Source: a virus
Taxonomy: Duplodnaviria > Caudoviricetes
IMG/VR virus record: IMGVR_UViG_3300014039_000028
Location: 14,387-78,386 of that record
Reading direction: 5' to 3' (one strand)
Length of the DNA: 64,000 nt
Positions 19,371-29,050 of the stretch are shown here, in pieces (position 1 is the first letter of the stretch; every line of letters begins with the position of its first letter). Under the pieces are notes generated by a model. The model saw only the letters and a list, made by a program, of their open reading frames with translations. It was not told where the DNA came from and made no database searches. The position numbers were made by a program, and so were the translations under genes.

Positions 19371-19545
19371 TTGACTTTCGCTGTAGAAAATGATATATTC
19401 TCACTAAGGACGGTTCCCGCTGGTGTCACAGCAAGAAACGGCCAACTCTACAAGTTTATAGCTTGAAATTGCCGCTTCTTGCTGGGGTTAGGGGGCGGCT
19501 ATTTCTTTAGGTTTGCACCCAAACCAATAGCCGCGAGTACAAGCA
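19371..19545 (+). ncRNA. Type I antitoxin RNA with promoter, convergent on toxin 3' end
   Basis: TTGACT-17-TATATT; stems CAGCAAGAA/TTCTTGCTG and GCGGCTATT/AATAGCCGC. Confidence 0.6.
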
Positions 19546-19576
19546 TAAATAGTGCTATTGTATCTGTTATACTCAT
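19499..19576 (-). CDS. Type I toxin-like membrane peptide, 25 aa (MSITDTIALFMLVLAAIGLGANLKK)
   Basis: Hand-translated; single TM plus KK tail; RBS CGGAGGT; promoter TTGAAT-17-TATTAT at 19636-19664. Confidence 0.75.
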   Translation of the reverse strand: MSITDTIALFMLVLAAIGLGANLKK

Positions 19577-19668
19577 GGCGATACCTCCGTAGTATGTAAC
19601 TTGCAGAAGTTCGCCTCCGTCCTTAGCTTGTAGGGATAATATCATATTATGCAGGATAATTCAACCAG

Positions 19669-19698
19669 AGAAGCTCCACGGATGACCGTGGAGCTTTT
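19669..19698. terminator. Terminator ending the leftward early operon
   Basis: AAGCTCCACGG-atga-CCGTGGAGCTT plus T-run. Confidence 0.7.
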
Positions 19699-19701
19699 TG
19701 A

Positions 19702-19974
19702 TCATCTGGGCATCGCTGCGTCCTCAGCGCATTTGCGGAGGAATGCGTATAGTCCAGGAGCGACAAGTGTGTTGGTATAGAGTTCCTCATTCGGGGCATC
19801 CGCAAGGCTCACCGAAACATCAAACGTGCCAGCGGGATATGATGAAAAATCTCCGTAGTATTCTGCTGCTCCTCGCAGCGCGGCAGAAACTGATTCAGCC
19901 ACTATACCAACAAGGTGCGTTGCAGAACCGTACTGTGAGGAGGTAGGGGCAGTGGTAGTCCTCACAAGGTACAT
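19702..19974 (-). CDS. Hypothetical protein
   Basis: MYLVRTTT..., last gene of the leftward operon. Confidence 0.45.
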   Translation of the reverse strand: MYLVRTTTAPTSSQYGSATHLVGIVAESVSAALRGAAEYYGDFSSYPAGTFDVSVSLADAPNEELYTNTLVAPGLYAFLRKCAEDAAMPR

Positions 19975-19978
19975 ACGC

Positions 19979-20410
19979 TTAACCGTCTGCGTTTTTAAGT
20001 TCTCCACGCTCGATAAGCCCTCCTTCGTCGAATCCTTCGTAGTAAAATTCCTCGCTGCCCGCTTCGCCTTTCTTCGGAATCTCAACCGACGGATCGCGGA
20101 GCCGGTCAAAGCGCACTCTCGTAACAGTCGGGCGCGTCTGGGTAACTTTGCGCCCATCGAAATTGTAAGAAACCGACTTGAGTTGATACTCCACAATGAC
20201 GGTCTGTCCTTTTTTGAGATACTGCGTGACGACCTCGCTCATGCGCCCGTAGGCCACGAATGACGGGAAATCATAGGTCGATTTCCCGTGCGGGCGAAAG
20301 TCACGCTCACACGCAAGAGTGAATTGCGCATAGGGCTTACCGTCGACTGTGCCGTACTTCTGTACCGGATTGCCAGTCAAGTAGCCCATTATGCGCCCAT
20401 CGTTCAGCAT
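19979..20410 (-). CDS. Divergent single-stranded DNA-binding protein (second SSB)
   Basis: GYLTGNP...FTLACERDF...VAYGRMSE...YLKKG OB-fold pattern. Confidence 0.75.
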   Translation of the reverse strand: MLNDGRIMGYLTGNPVQKYGTVDGKPYAQFTLACERDFRPHGKSTYDFPSFVAYGRMSEVVTQYLKKGQTVIVEYQLKSVSYNFDGRKVTQTRPTVTRVRFDRLRDPSVEIPKKGEAGSEEFYYEGFDEGGLIERGELKNADG

Positions 20411-21291
20411 ATCTCCACCACCAGTTTCAGTTTATTTTCGTAGTAGACGGCGCACTCACGGCTTATGCCGTTGCCGAAGAGACTGACGGGTATCATCTTA
20501 CCCCCGATATTGCCGAAGCTAAAACCGCGTCCCTGTGCGCTCTCAGTAAAGGCGATAGTCTCTTTGAAATCTATGTCCTTGATATTAGGCACAAGCGAAA
20601 GCGACGTTGTGTCGATGCGCATGGACTGCGGCGCTATCTTGATGGCCGTACCGTTATTGAAACGGATGTGATGTTCGGATATCTTTTCGATTTTCATTAC
20701 TTGTCTGCTCCCCTTTCTCTTTTGTCTCTATACGGTTTACACAGCGTGTACTTCCAGCCATGCGGTACTTTTTCGAGTTTGCACCAGCCGTCGTAGAAAT
20801 ACCTCATATCGCCGAAGTATTTACCGCCGGGTGCGATGTTATTATACCATGTGTCGTAGTCCGGGTAAATGCCGGAATTGATATTTGCGCGGCAGTATTC
20901 AAGAACCTTTTCGGGATCCCGCTCCTGCGTGTAGATTTTCACTATCTTATAGTGATCGCCGCCATACTCACGCTGGCCAGCGAATAGTTTCTTATGGTAC
21001 ATTCTTGTATTCTTCCTCCTATTTGAATTTTACAGTCACGTCGTATTCCTGCTTGAGCGCGTTCTTGACGTCCGCAAAGGAAATGTCTCTGGAATTGAGC
21101 TGGGCACAGTAGAAATCTACCTCTTTTGCAAGGCGCTCGATCTCGTCATCCGGGAAACCGTGCTTGTCCTTGAGGATAAACAGGATCATGGTAGAAATGA
21201 AGTTTGCACCCTCTGCGCGTCCGGAAGTAAGCGCCCGGTCGACGTCCTGCTGCGTGCGCGGAATACTGCGGGGAGATTTCTTTCTTTTCAT
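20404..21291 (-). other. Three small hypothetical genes (20404-20697, 20697-21002, 21019-21291)
   Basis: Tightly coupled ORFs. Confidence 0.55.
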
Positions 21292-21980
21292 CCGCGCCCT
21301 CCGTAGATAACTCCGCTGACGGAGATATTAATATTGTAGCGTTCCTTGAGCGTCATAAGAGACACTGTATCATCAAGAACTCTCTGCCGCTCTGCAAGCA
21401 TGTCCGGGGTCATATCTCCCTTTTTGAGCATCTTATCGTAGCCGTAGCGGGTGGAGACGCATTTATCGGCGATAGTATTTGCCTTTATGTAGTCCACTCT
21501 GACGGGTGCAACGAAACTATCTCTAAGTTTCTCCATTGCCTTGCGCTGATGCTCCTTATCGAGCATGCGAAAAACCTCAAACGCTTCTAAGCCAGTAGAT
21601 TTTCGCAAAGACGGCAGGACTTCATCGAACAGCCATTTCTCAAAGCGCTCAGCAGAAGGCAGTTTGCTGTGCGCAATAAGACGATAAACATTGCCCTCGG
21701 TTATGAACGATATCTCATTTATTTGTTCGGTGGCCGTTCCGTACTGGTTTACTGTAAGGGAGACCCCCTCGCGTTTCACGACCCCCTCTCTTTTACAGTG
21801 TCTACGCACAGCATCCCAAGGATTGGAATAGCCCAACACACGGCAAACATCTGTACTACTGAGAAGATATCTCCCGTCCTCGTATATTGCCCTGACCTTG
21901 CCGAAATCTTCATGTTCTAAGATTTTCAATGCCATAGGCGACGGTTCATTTTTGACTTTTACTTTCTGTTTTGTCATCAT
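21288..21980 (-). CDS. BRO-N antirepressor-like protein
   Basis: FGKVR...DVCRVLGYSN...ITEGNVYRLIAHSKLPSAERFEKWLFDEVLPS. Confidence 0.85.
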   Translation of the reverse strand: MMTKQKVKVKNEPSPMALKILEHEDFGKVRAIYEDGRYLLSSTDVCRVLGYSNPWDAVRRHCKREGVVKREGVSLTVNQYGTATEQINEISFITEGNVYRLIAHSKLPSAERFEKWLFDEVLPSLRKSTGLEAFEVFRMLDKEHQRKAMEKLRDSFVAPVRVDYIKANTIADKCVSTRYGYDKMLKKGDMTPDMLAERQRVLDDTVSLMTLKERYNINISVSGVIYGGRG

Positions 21981-22222
21981 TCCCTCCTATCCTCGGTCGT
22001 AAATATTATCTTGCTGCCATTGGGAAACTCGAAATTGAGCCTGCATCCGAAGAAGTCCGCCGCGCCGATAAGATCGGACACGGAGAAACTGTCCTTCTGG
22101 AACTTATTGCTCAAGGCTTGCGGGGAAATACTCAAGGCTTCGGCAAGCTCTCTATGTGTCGTGCCGGTGAGCGCAAGCAAGGCCTTGACCTTTGTACCGA
22201 CCAAATCTGCATCACTCCTCAA
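21977..22222 (-). CDS. XRE-family HTH regulator
   Basis: TTHRELAEALSISPQALSNK. Confidence 0.75.
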   Translation of the reverse strand: MRSDADLVGTKVKALLALTGTTHRELAEALSISPQALSNKFQKDSFSVSDLIGAADFFGCRLNFEFPNGSKIIFTTEDRRE

Positions 22223-22278
22223 ATTAAATTAAACAAAATTACGGATTAAAGAAATGGCAAAACGGATTAAAGTGTTTA

Positions 22279-22557
22279 TCATTTTCGCGAGGTCACGAAA
22301 ATGGTGGTTTCATCGGCCTTTTTTGCACGGTCTGCGCAGTCAGCCCAGAACGTGGCGGCAGAGCGCGGCGTGGCGAATGCAACAGGCGTTCGGTGCTTCA
22401 AACTGCCGCAGGCCACGCCGAAGAGAGTCTTTGCGATACCCTTCGCGGGGTACGTCAGGGAGGTTATATGCGCCTCCGCGCCACACCATGGGCATTGGCA
22501 GAGAGATACGCCCTCCGGCGTCGGGATGGTCTCGGAAACGGGTCTACTTATTGACAT
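22279..22557 (-). CDS. Lar-family restriction alleviation-like protein
   Basis: LCQCPWCGAEA...VACG...AATFW pattern. Confidence 0.5.
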   Translation of the reverse strand: MSISRPVSETIPTPEGVSLCQCPWCGAEAHITSLTYPAKGIAKTLFGVACGSLKHRTPVAFATPRSAATFWADCADRAKKADETTIFVTSRK

Positions 22558-24071
22558 TACAGCACCTCCGCCGGTTCTTTGAGCCATTCCAGACGGCACT
22601 CGGCACACGTCGGTCTACGGCAACGCCGACTTTCATCAGCCGGACAAAATGTGAGGTTTTCCGCCAACTCCTCGTCAGTCATATTTCTGATTTTGTCCGC
22701 GCGGGTGAATACCACGTCCGGGCACTCCCGTTTTCTTGCATCTTTACAAGCTTTCCCGCCGTAGTTCAGCAGGCAGCCAGACACTCGGCATCTATCACAA
22801 AGTTTCATTCAAAGTCCCCTCTCCCAAATTTCCCGGTAGATTCGGAACTGTTCTCGAAGTGGTGCGGGAATCAATCTCCGCTCCATTTCCAGCATGAGTA
22901 ACCGCTCTGCTTGGCGCTTGGACATACGATTTTTCTCTTTCGGCGGTAGCCTGCCCTCTTTGGCTGCGATCGCAACTGGGTTTGTTTTATGCTGACCCAT
23001 CATCTGCCCTCCTGTTCCATGCTCTAATTGCTTTTTCCCCTTCTTCGACTGAAGGTCAATCTCCTTTGTACCAGACACCCAAACCTCTTGCGCCACAAGT
23101 CCAACAGCTTCCGCAAACGGTCTTTTCCACGGCATCGACAGTCAAAGAGCCATCGCCCCCGCAGAACGGACACGGTCTAAGTTCGCTCATTGGCTTCAGC
23201 ATCCTTTCTCGGTCTGAGTTTCCAACCAAGGAAACCGCATTCTTTAGTCATATAAAGTTCGTACTTTTTCAGCGTCTCGTAGACTTTATCAATGCAGCAA
23301 CAGTCATCTGCAGTGCACTCGCGATTTTCTCTGTCCCAATGCTCACAATCAGGACAGACAAAGTGAAAGCAGAAATCCTGGCATGCCTCCTGAAAATCGT
23401 CAGCCGTCATTCCGCTATCATCCGGATCAACGTATCCCCAAAGCTCACTGGACAGGAAGTCACACTTTTCATGCGAAAACCAGTCATACACACTTCCCTC
23501 GTATACGAGGACATCATATTTGTACCTTTCCCCCGGCTCTATGTACTGGTTACAGAAGGAACACACATGGCGCTTTCGGGCTTTTCTCCACTGAGATTTC
23601 AATATATCAGGCATCGGTGTAACCTCCGTCCATTCTCGCGCCGCAGTTGGGGCAGTAATGTCCAAGCGTAAATTCGGAAAACACGGTTCTGCAAGCGGAA
23701 CACCTTTTGTTTTCGTACTCTGGTATCGGAATCCATCGTCCATGCGCCACATCCTCGAACTGTTTGAGGTGTTCGCGCAGTTCCGCGCATACCCATGCCG
23801 CCTGATAGAGAAGCGCTAAAACGCCCTCTATGCTGTCGGTTCCATCGACCAGCCACTCTGCCATAGTAAACGAAATATCGCTATCAGACATAGTTTCTGG
23901 AAATGCGGCGTATTTCGTATGTCTACGCACAAGCTTTCGTATCAAATCAAACAGGGTTATGTCCGCACCGTTCTCTCCGTATCCACGCACCCACGTTTCC
24001 TTGTCTTTGACGTAGAACAGATTTAGTGCCGTTTGGGTATTGTTTTTTGGGGTATCAGTTGTAAGCCTCAT
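22557..24071 (-). other. Four small hypothetical, mostly Cys-rich genes (22557-22808, 22809-23003, 23177-23614, 23607-24071)
   Basis: Coupled ORFs, several with CxxC pairs. Confidence 0.55.
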
Positions 24072-24878
24072 TTAGTTCTCCTTTCTCACTCCACCGCTGC
24101 AAAAGAAATCGTCCTCCACAGGGATGCAACCGTAGAGCGCGCCCATCGGCTCCGAGCAGAATCTCTTTCCGAACATGTTCGCGATCTTCTTTCTGCCCTT
24201 GACAGTCACAAGCGTCTGCGCGCCGGTTTTATCGCCGTTGACGTACTCCTTGAGAGTGAAGTAGCCGTTATTGGTCTCGGCGTATGGTCTGAGCTGCTGT
24301 TTCTTGTCTCTGTAAAGATATCCCGCGGCAATTAGTGAACGTATCATTTCGCGCTCCCCAATGTGCAGTTCTTTGGCGGTCTCTCGGAATGAAAGATTGT
24401 TTCCACGGTCAATGAGCGCGTCAAAATAAGTGACCTTCGGCGTATCAGCCTTGACTTTCTCGTTGAGTCTCTTTACCGTCTCAAGGGTCGAGCGGAAAAG
24501 TATCTTCGTCTGCTCGTCCGCGTAGGGCAAATATGTGTCGATGAACATATCGTCATTTGCCACATAGCCGCCAGTACGCCTTATCGTCGGGATGATTTCA
24601 TCAGCAACAAGCGCCTGAAATCGTTCCGCAGTTTCATTCTTGGCTTTCATTGCGAGACGGTAGAAGATATTTTCGGGGATGTAATCGTCGTGCCCACAAG
24701 TGGGCACGCCCAGTTCCTGCAAATACCCGTCGACTCGCTTCCATCTGACAACTTCGTTGCCACTGGCGGCAATGCGAGTAAATCCCAGCCCACGGGCAAC
24801 AGCCTCAAGATTGAGGTATGCAGTTCCGTCCTTTTCGTAGCAGTCCACACCGCTGATGTTCATAATTTCGTTTGGCAT
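24072..24878 (-). CDS. Phage antirepressor with KilA-C domain
   Basis: AYLNLEAVARGLGF...YIPENIFYRLAMKAKNETAERFQ...IPTIRRTGGY; C-terminal QTLVTVKGR. Confidence 0.85.
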   Translation of the reverse strand: MPNEIMNISGVDCYEKDGTAYLNLEAVARGLGFTRIAASGNEVVRWKRVDGYLQELGVPTCGHDDYIPENIFYRLAMKAKNETAERFQALVADEIIPTIRRTGGYVANDDMFIDTYLPYADEQTKILFRSTLETVKRLNEKVKADTPKVTYFDALIDRGNNLSFRETAKELHIGEREMIRSLIAAGYLYRDKKQQLRPYAETNNGYFTLKEYVNGDKTGAQTLVTVKGRKKIANMFGKRFCSEPMGALYGCIPVEDDFFCSGGVRKEN

Positions 24879-24922
24879 TTGCTATGTTCCTTTCTGATTC
24901 TATGTAGTTCTTCTGAGGTGTT

Positions 24923-24951
24923 GGGATGGTAGCATAGCTGTCAAGCGCAAA
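24923..24951 (-). promoter_or_regulatory. Compressed promoter-like motif C (TTGACA-N7-TACCAT)
   Basis: TTTGCGCTTGACAgctatgcTACCATCCC, about 48 nt upstream of the operon's first gene. Confidence 0.55.
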
Positions 24952-25029
24952 ATCGGCGTTTTCCTTGGTTTTGATGTAAAAAGCGCGGATTTTTGTATTG
25001 TATCCATAATGCTTTGTCCATCTACGCAG

Positions 25030-25195
25030 CAAAGTTTGTGCAGTTCTCCCCACGTAGTCGGGTGTTTTTCTGTGGCTCTCCTCGACCTTGTGGGGTGATT
25101 CTGTACAGATCCCCCGACGTAGTGACCTAATGTTGTACAGCCCTCCCGGAGGACGTTTTGGGAACGTAGTGACCTGTTTCTGTGCAGTTCCCCTA
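25030..25195. repeat. Cluster of imperfect short repeats (TGTRCAG...CCC and ACGTAGT)
   Basis: TGT(G/A)CAG at about 25037, 25102, 25134, 25181; ACGTAGT at 25052, 25117, 25164. Confidence 0.55.
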
Positions 25196-25336
25196 ACAAG
25201 CTTTTTGCGGTGATATGGTGTAGAAATAAAGCAACTGAACATCCATATTAAATGTTGCGGCGGTGAAGTCCCGCCAGTTGTCGAACTCGCCTTCGTGCAG
25301 CTCGCCCTCACACAGCCATTCGGCATAAATCTTCAT
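25193..25336 (-). CDS. 47-aa hypothetical protein (MKIYAEWLCEGELHEGEFDNWRDF...)
   Basis: Hand-translated, directly downstream of the next gene. Confidence 0.45.
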   Translation of the reverse strand: MKIYAEWLCEGELHEGEFDNWRDFTAATFNMDVQLLYFYTISPQKAC

Positions 25337-25345
25337 TTCCGTGTA

Positions 25346-25768
25346 TTACATCTCCTTTATCAGTTTTATAAAGCCCTGCTGGTTGAGGTTCTTGAGCCAA
25401 ATATGCAGGAACTCGTCAAGGCTCACGCGCAGACGCTGCGAGTACATCATCTGGCCGTCCACGTCCTTGTAAACTTCGTCGTAGCTCCCGGTATAGTCAT
25501 TTCGGAAAAGTACCGGCTCAATGGTTTGTGCGGCTTCGTCGACCGCAAACTCGATCTCAGGATCAGCCATAAGGTCGTCGTTCAGCTCAGAGTAATGCGC
25601 GATGTAATACACGGGACGGCCTTTATAATCCGAGAAGTAAAGGAACTCGGCGGCAAGGCGCGTGTACGGTTCATTCTCCACACTGATATGAAAGTCGTGT
25701 CGAGAAAGCGCCTCCAAGATGGGGCGCAAGTCCTGATAGTTCTGCTTCGCGTGTTTCAGTTCGGTCAT
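25346..25768 (-). CDS. Conserved hypothetical protein (DUF6908-like)
   Basis: IAHYSELNDDLMADPEIEF motif; RBS GGAGGA. Confidence 0.55.
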   Translation of the reverse strand: MTELKHAKQNYQDLRPILEALSRHDFHISVENEPYTRLAAEFLYFSDYKGRPVYYIAHYSELNDDLMADPEIEFAVDEAAQTIEPVLFRNDYTGSYDEVYKDVDGQMMYSQRLRVSLDEFLHIWLKNLNQQGFIKLIKEM

Positions 25769-25789
25769 GTTCGTAAATCCTCCCAAGTA

Positions 25790-26110
25790 TTTTGCGGGCG
25801 CGTGTTCACGCAAAACCCGCAGTTCTTCTGTTGGCCGTGTTCAGGGGCGCGGAAACTTCCCAGTAAAATCCCGCGGGCGTGTTCAGCCCCCCCAAGACTT
25901 CCGCGCTCCCTGTTCACATTCCGGGGCGTGGTCGCTCAACTCTGCCCCGTTCGGTGATCCTGCCGGACACGTCCGGCGGCGGGTGCAATCTGTTTTCTTC
26001 GGGGAGATGCACCAGCTCCCCACGGCCTTACATCAGCACCCCGGCAGGCTGACCGCCGTTTATAGCGATGGGCGCGCGTCCTAATATCTCGCGCCGGGTT
26101 TAATCCTGTT
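25790..26110. other. GC-rich non-coding structured element
   Basis: Stem GGGGCGCGGAA (25844-54) / TTCCGCGCTCCC (25899-910); four TGTTCA copies. Confidence 0.45.
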
Positions 26111-26187
26111 TTCTTGCCCATGAGCGCCCGCCATATAGGCGGCTGGACTTGCACCAGCGGCGGCGGATGCCGTCGGCCTTGCGGGTA

Positions 26188-27075
26188 TTAAGCGGCGATT
26201 ATGGCCGCGCGTATTTGCTCGATGATTTCATATATCTTTGCGCTGCCGGTGCCGCTGTTGCGCTTGTAATAGCGCACAGAGTACCGCGGCGCGCCCTCGA
26301 TAATGGTAACGCTGCATTGCGCAAAGCTGTTGAGGATCCACCCGCGAGTGCGCAAGGGAATTTTCACGCCGTGCGCGTCGGCTATCTCTACCAATAAAGC
26401 GCCGTCTTTTATCAAACCGCCGCGGGTAAAAATCTCCTCGGCCTTCTTTATCTCTTGCCGGTGCTGCTCTTCCTGCTCTGCTCTTTCCTTTGTTTCCTGC
26501 TCTTCACGTTCACGGCGGGCGGCTTCTTCTCTCGCTTCTCCATCGGCGCGCAGTTTTGCGGACAGCTCCGCGCACTTGCCAAGCTCCCCGAGTACAGCCG
26601 CGCCGACGAAGTCGGCGAACGTGCCGCCGTTGTCGCGGGCGTTGATGTAATTACGAACGCGAACGCGCAGACGATCCCGGATATAATCCGCTTGCCGTGC
26701 TGGGTCTGAGCCGTACCGAAGTATTACGGGCTCTTCCAGCTCTCGCAGCCTGTTAACCTCGTCGCCGCTGCTCCTTTGCCAGACTCGCGCGCGTTATTCC
26801 CGTGTGCCGTATAGCTCCACGCAAGCCGGGAAAAAACCTAGAACATCGGTAAATTTATAATCTGTCATCCGCAGCGGCACTAAATAGTTGTTGATCTCGA
26901 CATAAAGAAAATACCTGTCGCGCTCGTTGGCGGGGTATTGGTTTTTCTCTGTACAGGTCCAAAGCTTGTACGACTCCGCGCCGTTGCTGACCTCGCGCAC
27001 AAAATCCGCGCGGCAGTTTTTGCCCTCGCGGTTATACATGCCATTGACAAAAAGCGGCTTTTTTAACGTGCTCAT
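26188..27075 (-). pseudogene. 295-codon gene interrupted by one in-frame TAA at 26794-26796
   Basis: ORFs 26794-27075 and 26188-26415 share a frame; the intervening region is stop-free (...YGTRE*RARVWQR...EREEQETKERAEQEEQ...). Confidence 0.7.
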
Positions 27076-27172
27076 GTGGTAAAACCTCCGTATTTTTTAG
27101 GCTCAAAGCCTGTAAAAACGCCTTGCAATCAAGACGCTTTTACAGACTGCCGGGAAAAGCCCCGGCAAGCTG

Positions 27173-27996
27173 TTAATAGAGATAGTACCAGACAATAAAT
27201 TTTGATTCTTTGCCGTCTGCGCTGCTCCATGGGGTATACCATGCTTTCCGCCTTTGCTTCCGGCGCTGTTCAACAAATTTCTTTGCCTGCTCTTCCGTGT
27301 CGACGAAATGGAATGTTTCTTGATGCCTCATTTCTATATCTCCATTCTTGCAAATTCCCGCATTTCCGCGGCTATATCTTCCGGGGTATTCGCGAATTTC
27401 GCTAACCATTCCGGGAAGTGCTGCGATAAATAGGACTCAAGGTTTTCAAGATTTCCCGGCTTGCCTGCGATTTCCTTTATGGCGGCTACAAAATCCGACG
27501 CCGCTTTTGCTGTCTCATCAGTTGTGTAAACCACTTTGCAGGACTTTCCGCCGGGGCAAATAAATTCTCGATCTTTTCCGGCATGTTCGCAGCGGCTCCC
27601 GCAATTCTTGCAATTGTCATGCTTAACCATTTTGAAACCTCCTCAAATAAAATACATAGTCCCGTCCAGCTCGACGGCGACAGCCTCTTGTTTCAGTTCG
27701 TCCCGCATACGGACGGCAAAATTAACTACATCGTCCAAGTGCTCATCAAGCGCAGACTGCGCAGCATAGGCGAACACGGCGTTGTTGTCTTCGGTAATAA
27801 GCCCGTGCGCCTCGCTCATCCAGTAGCCGCGAACAGGCGTTGACGTTGCCCCGCCGAAGCACTGAGACAGCAGCGTAGCGGCCTCATGCACGTATGCGCT
27901 TGTATCGCCTGCCGTGTTTGCGTCAACGGTTCCGGGAACGTAAACCGTTATTTGGTGGCTGAGGCTGAAAGAGTTTTTCAAGATATTATTATTCAT
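27173..27996 (-). other. Three small hypothetical genes (27173-27331, 27334-27630, 27643-27996)
   Basis: Coupled ORFs downstream of the promoter near 28040. Confidence 0.55.
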
Positions 27997-28035
27997 GTTC
28001 TGACCTCCTGCGCCCGTCTGGGCTTGTCTGACTGT

Positions 28036-28146
28036 ATGTATAATACACTGTTTAACAGTACATTGCAATTCGCAAAATGAACAAATAACGTACTGTTTAA
28101 TAGTGCATATTGTACGGCTTGACAGTACACGAAAAGTTATATATAA
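28036..28146. promoter_or_regulatory. Divergent promoters with TACTGTTWAAYAGTG operators
   Basis: Minus: TTGCAA-tgtactgttaaacagtg-TATTAT; plus: TTGACA-17-TATAAT; extra operator at 28091. Confidence 0.7.
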
Positions 28147-28169
28147 TGAGTGATGAAAGGGGGCTATTT

Positions 28170-28397
28170 ATGGCCGTGAGTGATAGCAGGCGGCGAGCAA
28201 ATAATAAATGGGATGCTGCCAACATGACAACGCTTGGATGTCGAATGAAACGATCTGACGCGGAGGAATTCAAGGCGGCGTGCAAGGACTCCGGAACGAC
28301 CCCGAACGCCGTTTTTAATACTGCCGTCGCCGAATTTATGCAGGATTACGCAGAAGAAAAATTATTGAATGGAGGAAAAAAACATGGGTATGAGTGA
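28170..28397 (+). CDS. RHH-like regulator (SRRRANNKWD type)
   Basis: RRANNKWDAANMTTLGCRMK...TPNAVFNTAVAEF. Confidence 0.65.
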   Translation: MAVSDSRRRANNKWDAANMTTLGCRMKRSDAEEFKAACKDSGTTPNAVFNTAVAEFMQDYAEEKLLNGGKKHGYE

Positions 28398-28858
28398 TGC
28401 GCAATTTAAGGCTTTTTTGCGGGTGGCTCTTAGGGATTTAACGGAAGCCCTGAAAGCCGCCACACCTGAAGAGAAAGATGCTATTATAAAAGCCCTTGCC
28501 GACGACTTCCAGAAGTCGCTGGAGGATTAAACGGAGGTAAAAAACAGTGCCGACTGAGCAGGAAATGAAAGAAGCCCGGAAGGCGATAGCCTACGATCTT
28601 TTACAGATTATCGAGGCACAGCCGGAAAAACAGGCGTACACCGCCGAAGAGGTAAAAAAACTTATTAAACTTTACGTCAGCACGGCGAACCAAGACTAAA
28701 AAGGAGGGTATAACAATATGAATATGTCCGAGAGTGCAAGAATTATAGTAGGCTTGCGCAGTAAAGGTTGGAACGATACCGATATAACAAACTTTATCCT
28801 TTGGGTAGAAACCGGCGAAGAGCAGTACAGACCGGAAAAGAAAGCCGAAGAAAAGTAA
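28384..28858 (+). other. Three micro-ORFs: 28384-28530 (48 aa), 28547-28699 (50 aa), 28718-28858 (46 aa)
   Basis: Hand-translated; each has a GGAGG RBS; all below the ORF-track cutoff. Confidence 0.65.
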
Positions 28859-28926
28859 AAAAGAATGTAAAAAGGCAAGAGAGCAGGCTTGAAAAACTTC
28901 GGTCTGCTCTCTTTTTATATAATTTG

Positions 28927-28991
28927 TACTGTTTAACCGTGCAAATTTGTGCAAATTGCGTCTTGCGCTGTACTGTTAAACAGTGTATAAT
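28927..28991 (+). promoter_or_regulatory. Promoter with the same operator as 28036-28146
   Basis: TTGCGC-tgtactgttaaacagtg-TATAAT; second operator TACTGTTTAACCGTG at 28927. Confidence 0.7.
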
Positions 28992-29050
28992 AACACACGT
29001 AAATAAGAAAAACACATCTGACAGATCAGATATTAAACGGAGGGTTAAAA

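Noticed and set aside
25030-25195. Possible CRISPR array
   Set aside because: Repeats are short, degenerate and irregularly spaced; no cas genes
26794-26796. Stop-codon reassignment
   Set aside because: Single case; other genes terminate normally at TAA, TAG and TGA, and no suppressor tRNA is present
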